The notes: generated from the letters alone by a model not told the origin. Positions 39,929 through 51,842 are shown, counted from the first letter of the stretch. The stretch: DNA of 64,000 bases from Malacoraja senta (GCA_038087875.1 CM075988.1:10914001-10978000), one strand, 5' to 3'. Numbers and translations are program-made.

Positions 39929-40189
39929 GTATAATAATTCCCAGCTCGGTTACACCCACGACATTATCACCAGGTCTAAAGCAGTTCAGCAGTCAACGTC
40001 TATCAGCAGAAAGTAATTGAAAGTGAAGCTTTCACAACCTGTTAAAGATTGGGTTCCCCAAAATCCCCACTATTAGCTTAAATCCTCAATCTCCAGAGCA
40101 CTCAAGTTTTTTCCTTACAACCATAATTTAGAATGGGATTATTTTATTGGCTAGTATACTTTTCTGAACATTATTAGTTTATAGGATAT

Positions 40190-40283
40190 AAAGGACATGA
40201 AGTGCAGGAGTATCTCAGCAGGTCAGGCAGCATCTCTGGAGAACGTGGATACGTGATGTTTCAGGTCGGGACCTTTCTTCATT
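40190..40283 (-). mobile_element. Penelope pLTR fragment with a hammerhead-like core
   Basis: Reverse complement: tgaaga-a-aggt-cccg-acct-gaaa-catc. Confidence 0.65.
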
Positions 40284-41435
40284 TTTTCAGATCACTTGGT
40301 TAAGGAGCTGGCCGCTCGGGTGACTTACCTCAATTGCTTATGACGTATTTAATACAGTCTTTTGCTAGAAAATAAGGTAACAAATACTAATTAAATGGGG
40401 TTCTTGAACCAGGCTAAATTTACTCCTGAAAAGGCTTTACATCCAATCTGAAAAATAGCAAAACTGAAACTTAAGCTTAAAATGAATCCAAAATGTAAAA
40501 GTAACATTCCTAATTTCCAGCATCTGTAATTTTTTTTTTTTTTACTGGAGCTATAAAGGTTACATGTTGTGTGGAATTTAAATTAGCAATGGCTGTCTGT
40601 GAGGGGTTTTGAAGATGTGTGACTGTAATGAGATTGCAGTTGACTGAATCCAGTGACTGACAGTTGGCCTTGTTTTCATGCAATGTTGTGCTGCTTTTAC
40701 TTTGTGCAGCAGTGTGATCAATGGATACACTCAACTGTGCCAACTTCTTTATACAGTCCACTTCGCTTGGTAATGTTTCTTGGAAAAGATAGCCTTGCTG
40801 TTTGAAAATAGTATAATCTTAGCATGCGAGTAGATGCCCTTTGAGATGCTGACTTTAAACTAGAAGCTTTCGTTTAATCTGCCGAAAACTATCCCCGTGA
40901 AAATCTAGTTCCTGATAGAACACCTTATTATTGATTCATGTTCCTGTGTTAATGGTGTTTGTCTCAGATTAAGAATATGGTCTTCGTAAAATCCTACTTA
41001 AGGCAAACAAATTGAATATCATGTTCAGAATTCTTAACTCGTACACTGGGTGTGCTGAGTTTCTGAATGTGTAAGACTGCTTCATCATTAATCGTGTCAT
41101 GTTTTCTCTAGTGTGCAACACCTATAAACTAGAATCCATACATGGACACATCTGTAACACTTTACAAGTGATTTAGTTGATAAGGAAGTTCAATAAGGTA
41201 GTAGAAAACTTTGGTCACTTTTGTTAATGTGTGTGCCTTCCCACACAAAAGACACACAAACCTACCAGATTCGCCCAGCAACAATTAAAGTTCCAAAAAA
41301 ATGTCTATTAATAGTCTCTGAGCAAATGGGTGGTATTTGCAATCAACCATAAAGAGGCTTGCATCAACTGGACTTTTTGGCTGGAATCAAGTTATTTTGA
41401 AAACTATCATTGAGATTTTGGGGCATTTTAAGTTG

Positions 41436-41732
41436 TATGGTGCAGCTGGTAGAGCAGTTATCTCACCGAGTCAAAGACCCAGGTTCGATCCAGACACCTG
41501 ACTCCATCTGTGTGGAGTTGGCACGTTCTCCCTGTGACTGGATGGATGAATTTCCTCCAGGTCCTCCGGTTATCTCCCATGTCCCAAAGATGTGCGGCTT
41601 TGTAGGTTTATTGGCCTCAGCAATGTGTGCAGTGAACAGTTGAAATCATAGAACAATTGTGAAAGGATGGTTGGCGTGGAATTGGTGGACCAAAAGGCTT
41701 GTTTCCACATTGTATCTCTAGACTAAAACTAA
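41436..41732 (+). mobile_element. HE1-like V-SINE
   Basis: ggtgcagctggtagagc head; ggttcgatcc; V-domain. Confidence 0.7.
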
Positions 41733-42427
41733 AATGAGGTGGTTTATGATGTTTGGTAAACCTTCTGCATGAGAAATGTTACTCTGTAGAATAGTTTGTG
41801 GGTAAGTTAATAAAGAAGTTCATTTAAGTGCTGGTATGCTTCAATTATCTTCCAAATATATCACAAATATATGCAGGAAAATTTGAAAGTAAATCTAAAG
41901 AGTGTTGTTACTTGTAAGGTCCGGAGTGAGGGTGATCACTAATTGCACAATTTATAAGCACCTTAAACTCCCCTTGGCTTATGAAGCCGTTCATGACTGC
42001 ATGCATGAAAATTTGGACAACATTTGGATATGAGCCAGTAAACGCCAAGTCATATTTCGTGTCACTAAATTGTTACACAATGAGCCACCAAACCGTTCAC
42101 CTTCCAAGGTATTAACACTGTCGCATCCCTTCACCAGCGTAATACGGGGAGTGACCCTTAAGGAGATTTCAACTGGATGAACCACAAAACTATTGAGGCC
42201 ACATGAGCAGGCCAGAGATTGGGTACCCTTCAAATTGTTCACTCCCTGATACCCCAAAGCCTTTTCATCAACTACAAGGTGAAGTCAAGAACAACTTCCT
42301 GAATTCACCTTGCTGTTTTTGAAGCTCCAACGGCCTCCCCTTCCACCAGGAGGCATTGGCTGTGACGGATACCATCTACTAAAACCATGGCAATTGCTCA
42401 TCTCGTTGACTATGACAGTATGGTCCA

Positions 42428-43375
42428 ATGGTCCTTTATTGTCACGTGGACTGAGGTACAGTGACATTTGATTTACCATACAGTCATACCAAAAAAGCAA
42501 CAAGATACAAAACTACATAAAGATTAAACATAAACAGCCACCACAGTGTGAGAATCCCCAGGGCACACAGCATAAACAGAGACTCGCAGCCATCAGTTCA
42601 ATGTCCGGACCACACACACGCTCCATCACTGTAAGCAACCAGAGTTGTACCAACCGCTGTAACACTCTGCAGTCCCTGTCCACCTGAACAGTCAGAAAGC
42701 CGACCACACTCCCACCAGACTCCAGGATGTTCTCATGGAGCTATGTCCCCGCAAACACCGAGCTCACGGCACACCTTCCAAGTCGTCACCAGCGCAGGTA
42801 GCATGTCCATCTTGTTTTTCGGCGACCTCACATTCCCCACTGTGATGGAAGGCAAGTAACTCTTACCTTCCTCCTTTTCTTCTGCGGTCGGGGCGATCGA
42901 AACATCCACAGTCGGGGTGATCGAAGCTCCTGCAGTCAGCGATAGTTGCCCCCGCAATGGGGCGATCAAGGCACCCGCCATCGGGTCGGTGGAAGCTCCT
43001 GTGGTTGGAGCTCCTGAATTCGATCCGTAACAAAGGGACCGCCAGCTCCACGATGTTAGGCCGCAGTGCGGACGGAGATACGTGCAGCCAGTATCTCTGG
43101 AGAGAAGGAATGGGTCATTGTTGTTTTGGGTCAAGACACTTCATCAGACTTGGGGAGATACTGGAGTAACATCAACCAGCGGGTATGAAAAATGTTACAT
43201 CTCCTTCGAGGGAAGAGATTTTTTTTTAAATCTCCCCCCCCCCCCCCCCCCCCCGCTCCCCATATAATACAAAACTAAAAATACAATAAAACATACAAAT
43301 AAAGCAGACTAAAAACAACAAAAGAAGAAAGGGACAAGACAGTCTGTTGGCGAGGCTGCCACTTATGGCGCCACC
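42428..43375 (-). mobile_element. Internally deleted Rex1-like LINE (5' region + start of APE endonuclease + 3' tail)
   Basis: LPSITVGNVRSPKNKMD resembles an APE N-terminus; ends shared with 29097-29913; no RT. Confidence 0.6.
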
Positions 43376-44137
43376 CGGTGGTTGATGTTATTCCAGTATC
43401 TCCCAAAGTCTGACGAAGGGTCTCAACCCGAAACAACAATGGCCCATTCCTTCTCTCCAGAGATGCTGGCGGCCCGTTGTTTTACTCCAGCATTTTGTGT
43501 TCATCTTCCCAAACCTGAAAAATCTCCATCAAATAAGTAGAAGGGCAGCAGGCACATGGGAGCATCACCACTTGCAGGCACCCCTCCAAATTACATATCC
43601 TTCTGATCTGAAAAAAATATATCGCTGGTCCATCATGAGTTGGGATAAATCATATAATTCCCTTCCCAGCACCACTGTGGAACAAGCTTCACCAGAACGG
43701 TTAAAGAATACGTTGACTTCCATTTTTCTCAATGGCTTGTAGGGATAGTTAATTAATGCTGGTATTGCTAGGAACAGCTGCATTCTGAAAACTGAGCAAG
43801 TTTGTAACAAAAATCTCACTCATTTAATGTCAATTGATCTTTTAAAATCTTTTATATGCTCACTTCGGGTAATGACCAATTTAAATTTCTGCACATCTAA
43901 CATGCTTGGCTGTTTCGAATATAATTTGTGAAGGAAACTTCACTACTCGTGTCAACTGCCAAAATTGAGCATGTATGACATAGTCTTGTCATGTCTGCAC
44001 TTAGACTAGTCACATAACATTCATCCTTACTATCAGCAGCAAATTGTGAGGTATTCTTGCGACAATGGCCACCTGTCACTACCTGTAGCAATCTAATTTA
44101 AAAAAACCCATTATCTTAGTGATATATACTGGGTTTG

Positions 44138-44226
44138 TCTGAAGAAGGGTCTCGACCCGAAACATCATCTACTCCTGTTCTCCATAGATGCTGCCTCACC
44201 CCCTGAGTTTCTCCAGCATTTTTTGC
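44138..44226 (+). mobile_element. 89-nt Penelope-derived insertion beginning at a hammerhead-like core
   Basis: 12-bp TSD atactgggtttg (44126-44137, 44227-44238); CTGAAGA-A-GGGT-CTCG-ACCC-GAAA. Confidence 0.8.
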
Positions 44227-44441
44227 ATACTGGGTTTGGAAATATGTTTAGAATGCATTGTCTGTGGTTATATTTTCCAATGTAAAGTACTGTTAATTTT
44301 CTTGTTGACTTTTTTTCCCTCTCTGAGAGGAATGATGTCAGAGCCAGTTGTAACAATGCAGTTCAGATGTCTCATCAATTAGTCATTTTTTTGAAGATAT
44401 GACCTACTCTGAATTAGTTGGGAGTAATTGTGTTTGTGGTA

Positions 44442-45545
44442 CACAAAAATGCTGGAGAAACTCAGCGGGTGCAGCAGCATCTATGGAGCGAAGGAAATAG
44501 GTAACGTTTCGGGCCGAAACCCTTCTTCAGACTGATAGGGGGTGGGGAGAAGAAAGGAAAAAAGGAAAAGGAGGAGGAGGAGCCCGAGGGTTGGGGGAGG
44601 GGAGGAGACAACCAGATGGCTGATGAAGGGGAGGGGACAGCCAGGGCTAGCAGAATTGGGAGAATTCAACGTTCAGGCCACCAGGGTGTAGACTGCCCAA
44701 GCGGAATATGAGGTGCATTTCCTCCAATTTACGGTGTTGCTCGCTGTGGCCATGGAGGAGACCCAGGACAGAGAGGTCAGATACGGAATGGGAGGGGGAG
44801 TTGAAGTGCTGAGCCACCGGGAGTTCAGGTTGGTTATTGCGGACCGACCGGAGGTGTTCGGCGAAACGATCGCCAAGCCTCCGCTTGGTCTCACCGATGT
44901 AGATCAGCTGGCATCTAGAGCAGCGAATGCAATAGATGAGGTTGGAGGAGATGCAGGTGAACCTCTGTCGCACCTGGAACGACTGCTTGGGTCCTGGAAT
45001 GGAGTGGAGGGGGGAAGTGAAGGGACAAGTGTTGCATCTCTTGCGGTTGCAAGGGAAAGTACCAGGGGAGGGGGTGGTATGGGAGGGAAGGGAAGAATTG
45101 ACAAGGGAGTTACGGAGGGAGCGGTCTTTGCGGAAGGCAGACATAGGGGGAGATGGGAAGATGTGGCGAGTGGTGGGGTCACGTTGGAGGTGGCGAAACT
45201 GACGGAGGATCACTTGTTGTATGTGACGGCTGGTGGGGTGAAAGGTGAGGACTAGGGGGACTCTGCCTTTGTTGTGAGTGGGGGGATGGGGAGAGAGAGC
45301 AGTGTTGCAGGGTATGGCAGAGACCCTGGTGCGAGCCTCATCTATGGTGGAGGAGGGGAACCCCCGTTCCCTGAAGAATGAGGACATTTCAGATGCCCTG
45401 GTGTGGAACGCCTCATCCTGGGAGCAGATGCGGCGTAGACGGAGGAATTGGGAGTGGGGGATGGAGTCCTTACAGGAAGCAGGGTGGGAAGAAGTGTAGT
45501 CCAGATAGCCATGGGAGTCGGTAGGTTTGTAGTGGAGATTTTGTG
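44442..45545 (-). mobile_element. Penelope-like retroelement, 5'-truncated; RT C-terminus + GIY-YIG endonuclease ORF ending at 44647
   Basis: YKPTD..YL..SSHP, CxxxxCxxC linker, NLIY...YIGETKR, HFN, GLN motifs; 10-bp TSD gtttgtggta (44432-44441, 45546-45555). Confidence 0.92.
44499..44534 (-). ncRNA. Minimal hammerhead-ribozyme-like motif in the Penelope pLTR
   Basis: CUGAAGA-A-GGGU-UUCG-GCCC-GAAA-CGUU; palindromic AACGUU where helix III should be; helix I only about 2 bp, so activity is uncertain. Confidence 0.5.
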
Positions 45546-46518
45546 GTTTGTGGTATTTTGCTGAAACAAATAGCATCCACATTTTTAAATGAGTTTTAAT
45601 ATTCTGCAGTGGTAACTTGCTCGATATGGAAATATTGCTTTTTGATTAAATAGCGAGCAACATCAGCCACAAATGTCTGACCATGTAATATTTATCAAAT
45701 GAGCACAGATGCCATGCTTTGGTGATCAGATGCGACCAGTTTCAGAAATGTTGTGCAAACTGTGGGAACTGTTTGATTAGTATTGGAAAACTGGCCAATT
45801 GGATGAAGTCATTTGCAATGAAAATTCAACAGCTTTTGTTTGATGGGATTTAATCCACCACTGCGTACTAAAACTGCAATACTAAATATATAAAGCTACT
45901 CCGTGAAAGATCATACCTTATGGTCGACTGAGAAACATAAAATCTTTATTTTAGCTTTTATTCATCTCCAGCTATCCAAATTGCTTCTCCATTGACCTGT
46001 AATACTTTCGTGAATTACAACTTGGGTAGCATGTTCTATTGCAGCACTGGAAATCCTTCCATTGTCCATTAGAGCACAATCTAAATGGGATGAACCCCAT
46101 TTTCCTTATTTTATTTTTTGTTCATGACTTTTATCATTTATGTATGCATATAGTTTTGCTCTACCAACTTTTCGCAAAGCGGATCATTCGTGGATTGCAA
46201 TTCCATCACGTCTGCTGTTCTCCTGACAACCGGCAAATTAATTATGGAGGCTGTAACGGCTCAACCTACTCAACATTCATAAGTAGTGTAAAGGAATTTT
46301 CTTCCAGTCCTCATCTATTCGAGGTTCAAAGATACTGAGGCCATTGAGGAGTCTTGGATGCCAATTTGGCTGCTTGCTGCCTATTTAACATAGACCTGTG
46401 GTTGCCTCCTCAGTATTGGTATGAACAATCAGTTTGAGCAACATCACATCCATCCCAATCTATTTGACCATTTACACTGATCCTATCTGCCTGCAGTAGG
46501 ACCATATCCTCTATGCCT

Positions 46519-46850
46519 TAGATAAACACAAAATGCTGGTGTAACTCAGTGGAACAGCCAGCATCTCTGCAGAGAAGGAATGGGTGATGTTTTGGGTCGA
46601 GACCCTTCTTTAGCGAGCCTCCTTACTGGAGGTCATCTGTTGCTGGCCCCAATTTGTCCTGTTTTTTTTGTTTTTTTTCTCGCTTCCAGCCCCTTCATCC
46701 CCCACTAAAATCAGTCGCAAGAAGGGTCCCGACCCAAAATGTCATCATTTTCCATTATCCATTTTCTCCACAGATGCTGGCTGACCCGCTGAGTTACTCC
46801 CGCATTTTGTGTCCATCTTTGGTATAAACCAGCATCTGCAGTTCCTTTTT
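46519..46850. mobile_element. Penelope fragment with an inverted partial pLTR
   Basis: Minus-orientation arm 46519-46610 and plus-orientation arm about 46705-46850, each with a decayed hammerhead-like core. Confidence 0.7.
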
Positions 46851-47091
46851 ATTTCCTTCCAATGCCTTGTCTGTTCAAATGTCTGTTTATATGCCTTTTA
46901 AATGCAGTAATTTTATCTGATTCCACTACCACCTTATTCTGCTTATTCTGTATATAAACGTATTCTGTATATAAACGTATTCTGTATATAAACCACCCTA
47001 TGTGTGTGACTGATGGTGGGGTGGGGGAAGCAATGCATAATAAGATCCCTTTTAAAACATATCTTTCTCTCCATAAGACGTTGCCATCTTG

Positions 47092-47225
47092 CCAGTCTGA
47101 AGAAGGGGCTCAACCCGAAATGTCACCTATCCATGTTCTCCAGAGATGCTGCCTGACCTGCTGAGTTACTCCAGCACTTGGTGACCTCTTTTGCATTAAC
47201 CATCATCAGCAGTTCTTTGTTTCTA
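47092..47225 (+). mobile_element. Penelope pLTR fragment with a hammerhead-like core
   Basis: cagtctgaagaaggggctcaacccgaaatgtcacc. Confidence 0.7.
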
Positions 47226-47469
47226 CTAACAAAATGGATGTTCAGTTTTGTTGACACGAGGGAGATAATTTTCAACAAATCCGGTCTGTCGAGTCATACA
47301 GCACCGAAACAAGCCATGTGGCCTACTGTGCCCATGCCGACTATCACATACTCATTTGTAACACCCACACACACCCACACACCCCCCCCCCCCCCACACC
47401 ACTCAATGACATAGCTGGAGGAATTTACAATAGTTAAATAACCTGTCAACCTGCATGCCTTTGGAATGT

Positions 47470-47785
47470 TTTAGTTTCAGAGATACAGCACAGAAGCAGG
47501 CCCTTCAGCCCACCGAGTCCGCACCGACCAGAGATCCCCGCACATTATCATTATCCTTCACACACTAGGGACAATTTACACATACACCAAGCCCAACTAA
47601 CCTACATACATGTGGAAGGAAACTGAAGATCTTAGAGAAAACTCTGTTGTGGGAGGAAACTGAGCACCATGGCGAAACCCACTAGGCCATGGGGACAAAG
47701 TGCAAACTCCACACTGGCAGCACCAGCAATGATATTTGGCCCTGGGTTTCTGATGTTGTGATTCTGCAGCTGTGCTGCTCTGCAG
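47470..47785 (-). mobile_element. HE1-like SINE sequence (probably two nested or adjacent copies)
   Basis: cacactagggacaattt, gtgggaggaaactgagcac and gtgcaaactccacac motifs. Confidence 0.6.
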
Positions 47786-48179
47786 AATCTTTGCGTGTGT
47801 TTCCTGAATGGTGCAATGTTATCTCCAGTAAACATCTGCCATAATACTATTAGACCAGAAATATTTCTTGAAAATTAATTAACAGTGAATGATTTTGGCA
47901 GAGAATCATATAACTCCAGGGCAGATCTGCCTTGCTTTTCTTACAATGGTGTTAATGCCCTTCAACAAAGAATCATTCTCATTTCAAGAACATGTAAACA
48001 ATGTAATTTATCATTAATAACGAAGAAAATAGACGTTATACTTTATATTTTAGACTGTGATCTTTTGTGGGTGATTTAAAATTATTAGCACATGAGCCAA
48101 GTCACTTTAGATTTCAGATTCTTGGGAGTTGAGTGCGGGCTGATGGGGAGATGTTTGCATTGATTGAAATAAATCGGCG

Positions 48180-48910
48180 GTGATGGGGACTTGGGAGTGC
48201 TGGTGCAGGATTCCCAAAAGGTTAATTTGCAGGTTGATCGGTAGAAGGAAGGCTAATGCAGTGCTGGCAGTCATTTCAAGAGAACTAGAATATAACAGTG
48301 AAGATGATATGCTGAGACATTTATATAGTGCCGGGCCTTTGCATTTGGAACATTGTGAGCCGTTTAAAGCTGCATATCAGAGGAAGGATGTGCTGGATTT
48401 GGAGAAGATCCAGAGGAGGTTTATGAGAATGATCGCAGGGATACTCGAGTCCCCAGTTAAAGCTCTATGAGGAGGGTCTGAAGGCTCTGGGCCTGTACTC
48501 TGGAGTTTAGAAAGATGAGGTTGGGAACTTATTGAAACCTCTTGAATAATGAAAGGCCTTGATAGAGTGAATGTGGAGAGGATGTTTCCACTGGTGGGAG
48601 AGTCGAGGACCAGAGGACACAGCCTCTCACTCAAAGGACGTACCTTCAAAATGGAAATGAAGAGGAATTTATATAGTCAGAGGATGGTAAATCTGTGGAA
48701 TTCATTGCCCAGGATGGCTGTGGTGGTCAAGTGATTGGGTATTTTTAAGCAGAGTTTGATAGGTTCTTGATTCGTAAGGGTGTCCAAGGTTACGGCGAGC
48801 AGGTACGACCATGGGGTTGAGTGGGGAAAAATAGATCAGCCATGATCGAATAGCAGAGCAGACTCAATGGGCTGAATGGACTAATTCTGCTCTGAAGTCT
48901 CATGGTCTTA
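48180..48910 (+). mobile_element. Older CR1 LINE 3' part
   Basis: KGLDRVNVERMFPLVGESRTRGHSL; frameshifted. Confidence 0.8.
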
Positions 48911-49712
48911 TGAAAAATAAGTATTCTGTGCAGGTAATTTGTCCTTTGGCCCCAAACATTTCTGGGGAAAAAATTATGCACAGTAGCGATTTCAAAATGA
49001 AATGCGGGGAGACAAAATTGAGCTGAGGATACGGATGTTTGTACTCCAAGCTAAACAGATTGAGAGAAATGAAGCAGATACAAGACTCTTGGGTTCTGAA
49101 GCCTGTAGGCTGTCAGAGGAAATGAAGATAGAAGGTGGTAACCTCCTGTCTTATAAGCAGAAGATCTGCTTCCAAATGGCATTCAGAACCCCAGCACAGC
49201 AATCATAACTGATGGGGAGCTACAAATTGCACACAGTACACAACAGATACAGATACTTGGAAGTGCAGTGATTTCTCATGCGATAATCATTGACAATCTG
49301 ACAGTATAAGATCTGCAGTGTTTCTTTTGATACAAAGCAGCTCAGGATATTTAACCACAGTACCCAGTAGGCCCACTGATTTAATGCAGCAGAGCAAGCC
49401 ACAGACAATCTTTGTGCAAGGGGAATAAATACACTCTGGAAGTTTTTTTGTTTTGTTTGCATGTCTTTTCATTTGGTGAACTGTTCAACCTCAAATGGAC
49501 AGCATGCCAGGCAGACAGCATTAGGTGGACAGGCATCTGCAAAGTGTGAGTACGCGGTTCCTTTGCTGTGGTTAAACATTGCTGCAATAAACACACACTT
49601 CATGGGCGGATGAATATGGTGTGGGTTAAATGCCACCATAAAAGACGGTCAAAGAAACCACTCTGTAATCCCTTTTTAGACATTGGAAAGGACAAAAGGA
49701 CATGGTTTTGAG

Positions 49713-50753
49713 CAGGGCCGGCCTTAGGAGGTGCGGGGCCCAATTGGGAACAATTTTGGTGAGCCCCAGGTTCCCAGCCAAGGTCTGTAGAATCATAGAA
49801 ATATAATCAAAGTCTATTATAGACTTTATATCTCTATGGTAGAATGGAAAGTAATCAAAATGTGTGCTTAAAAATTGCCTGAGACAATGGACCAAACAGA
49901 TCTAAGATACATTTTAACATAACATTGCCTACATGCAAGCCTACAAGTGACAAACAAAATGTGAAGATCACCTGTGAAAAGTACATAGTTCCAATACCAC
50001 TTGTTTTAGTGATTGTGAAATGAAAAAAACAGTAATTTAATTAAATAGGTCCTAGAAAACCAATAACCATTGGTGAAAAAACAGTCCAGGCATTAAATTT
50101 TGGGCTTCAGCCCCATCCTACCGTTGGGGCTTCTCCCCCATCCTAACTTTGGGGGGTGTGTGTGTGTGTGTCTGTGCGTGCTGTGTGTGTCTGTGCGTGG
50201 TGTGCTTGTGGGAAGGAAGGAGAGGAGGAAGGGAAGGAGAGAAAGAAGGGATGGAGCGAAGGAGAGAAGGGAAAAGAGAGAGGAAGAAGGAAGGGAAGGG
50301 AAGGAGAGAAGGGAGGGAGAGGGCCGGAGGCGGGAGCGGTGGATGGGTGTGAGCTGAGGCCGAGGTTTGTAAACGTTGCTCCAACCCCCGGCCCGGCCCT
50401 TCCTGTGTTGTTCACCGCGTCTCCCCGGGGAGAGTGAGGGGGGGAGCCGGGGCTGTGCGCATGAAGCACGGCGACTGGAGGGGCAGGAGCACTGCCCCGG
50501 AACCGCGAGCGAATGACCCACCTCCCCCTCTCCCCCTTCTCCATTCCCCCTCACACACCCCTCCCTGTCTCCCCTTTTCTTCCACCTTTCTTCCCCCTTT
50601 CTTCCCCCTCTACTCTCTCTCCACCCCTCTCTCCCCCCCATCCACCCGGGGTAGATCTACCTGAGCCGAGAGTAGATTACTCTGGCGTGGGGCCCCCTTA
50701 CTCGCGGGGCCCAATTGGGAGCAATCGGTCCAATCCGCTTAAGGCCGGCCCTG
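49713..50753. mobile_element. hAT-type non-autonomous DNA transposon with internal low-complexity tracts
   Basis: 14-bp TIR CAGGGCCGGCCTTA / TAAGGCCGGCCCTG; 8-bp TSD gttttgag / gttttcag; subterminal gggcccaattggg at both ends. Confidence 0.88.
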
Positions 50754-50959
50754 GTTTTCAGCAGCTATGGATACTGAGCAAGTTATCAGTCACTCCAGCC
50801 AAGTAATGTTTAAATGTTCATCATATTAGAAATGCAGTGGTCAGTAGGTTTTGTATTCCATTTCAAAATGTAATCTGGTGAATGTTGGTTAGGTGCTCAT
50901 ATTATTTGAAAAGATATCAAGCAGCAGGACTCAAATTTGTGAATGTTGCTGTTGAAACA

Positions 50960-51130
50960 AGAAACTGCACGTGCTGGCTTGCCGAAAAGGACACAAAGTG
51001 CTGGAGTTACTCAGCGGGCCAGGCAGCATTTCTGGAGAACATGGATAGGTGACATCTGGGTCGGACCCTCGGAGTTGTTCTCCAGAGATGCTCCCAAACC
51101 CGCTGAGTTACTCCAGCTGTTTGTGTCCCT
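50960..51130. mobile_element. Fold-back Penelope-derived short element
   Basis: gctggagttactcagcggg ... cccgctgagttactccagc inverted arms. Confidence 0.6.
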
Positions 51131-51554
51131 TTTTTTGTTAAGTTTACTGTTCTGGATTCAACGTGCACATCTGTGTCTGTTCAATACATATGGTGCCCAT
51201 TTAATTCCATTAGCTTTCCATTTTCCTGTGTTTTTTACATTTTCGCTGAAACCTACCCATTTCTCTCTACCAGCATATAATTATAAATCCATGTTGTTTC
51301 CTGATCATGCATGTTGATATGCACTTGACTGCATTGCAGGCCACCTTGGTGGCTTTCATGCATCGGTGCAACACACACCATGAAGCATAGGGTTCCATCT
51401 CCCATCAAATATGATAATATTTACTGCTATAGTTTTAATACATTCATTAAATTAAATTAAATCATACCCCATGTTTCAAAATTGCATGTCTTATGTTGGT
51501 TATTTTAAGGCCACAGTGTTAATCGGAGTAGCTTGAGAAAACAAAATGCCTGAG

Positions 51555-51842
51555 CAACACAGTGGTAAAGTTGTGGAACTGCTTCCTTACAGTGCCACAG
51601 ATCCAGATTTGATCCTCACTGTGGGTGCTGACTGTATGGAGTTTGTACGTTCTCCATGTAATTGCATGGTTTTTCTCTGGGTGCTCCGGTTTCCTCCCAC
51701 ACTCCAAAGACAAGGTTAATTGGCTTGGGTACAAATTATAAATCGTCCCTAGTGTGTGGGACAGTGTTAGTGTACAGGGTGATCACTGGTTCATGCGGAC
51801 TCGGTGGGCTGAAGAACCCTTTTCCAGGCTGCATCTCTAACT
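51555..51842 (+). mobile_element. HE1-like V-SINE
   Basis: ctgtatggagtttgtacgttctcc...ggtgctccggtttcctcccacactccaaagac. Confidence 0.75.

Noticed and set aside
44713..45255. 180-aa + strand ORF
   Set aside because: Antisense shadow of the Penelope ORF
50093..50806. Cluster of overlapping ORFs
   Set aside because: Low-complexity GA/CT/TG tracts inside a hAT element
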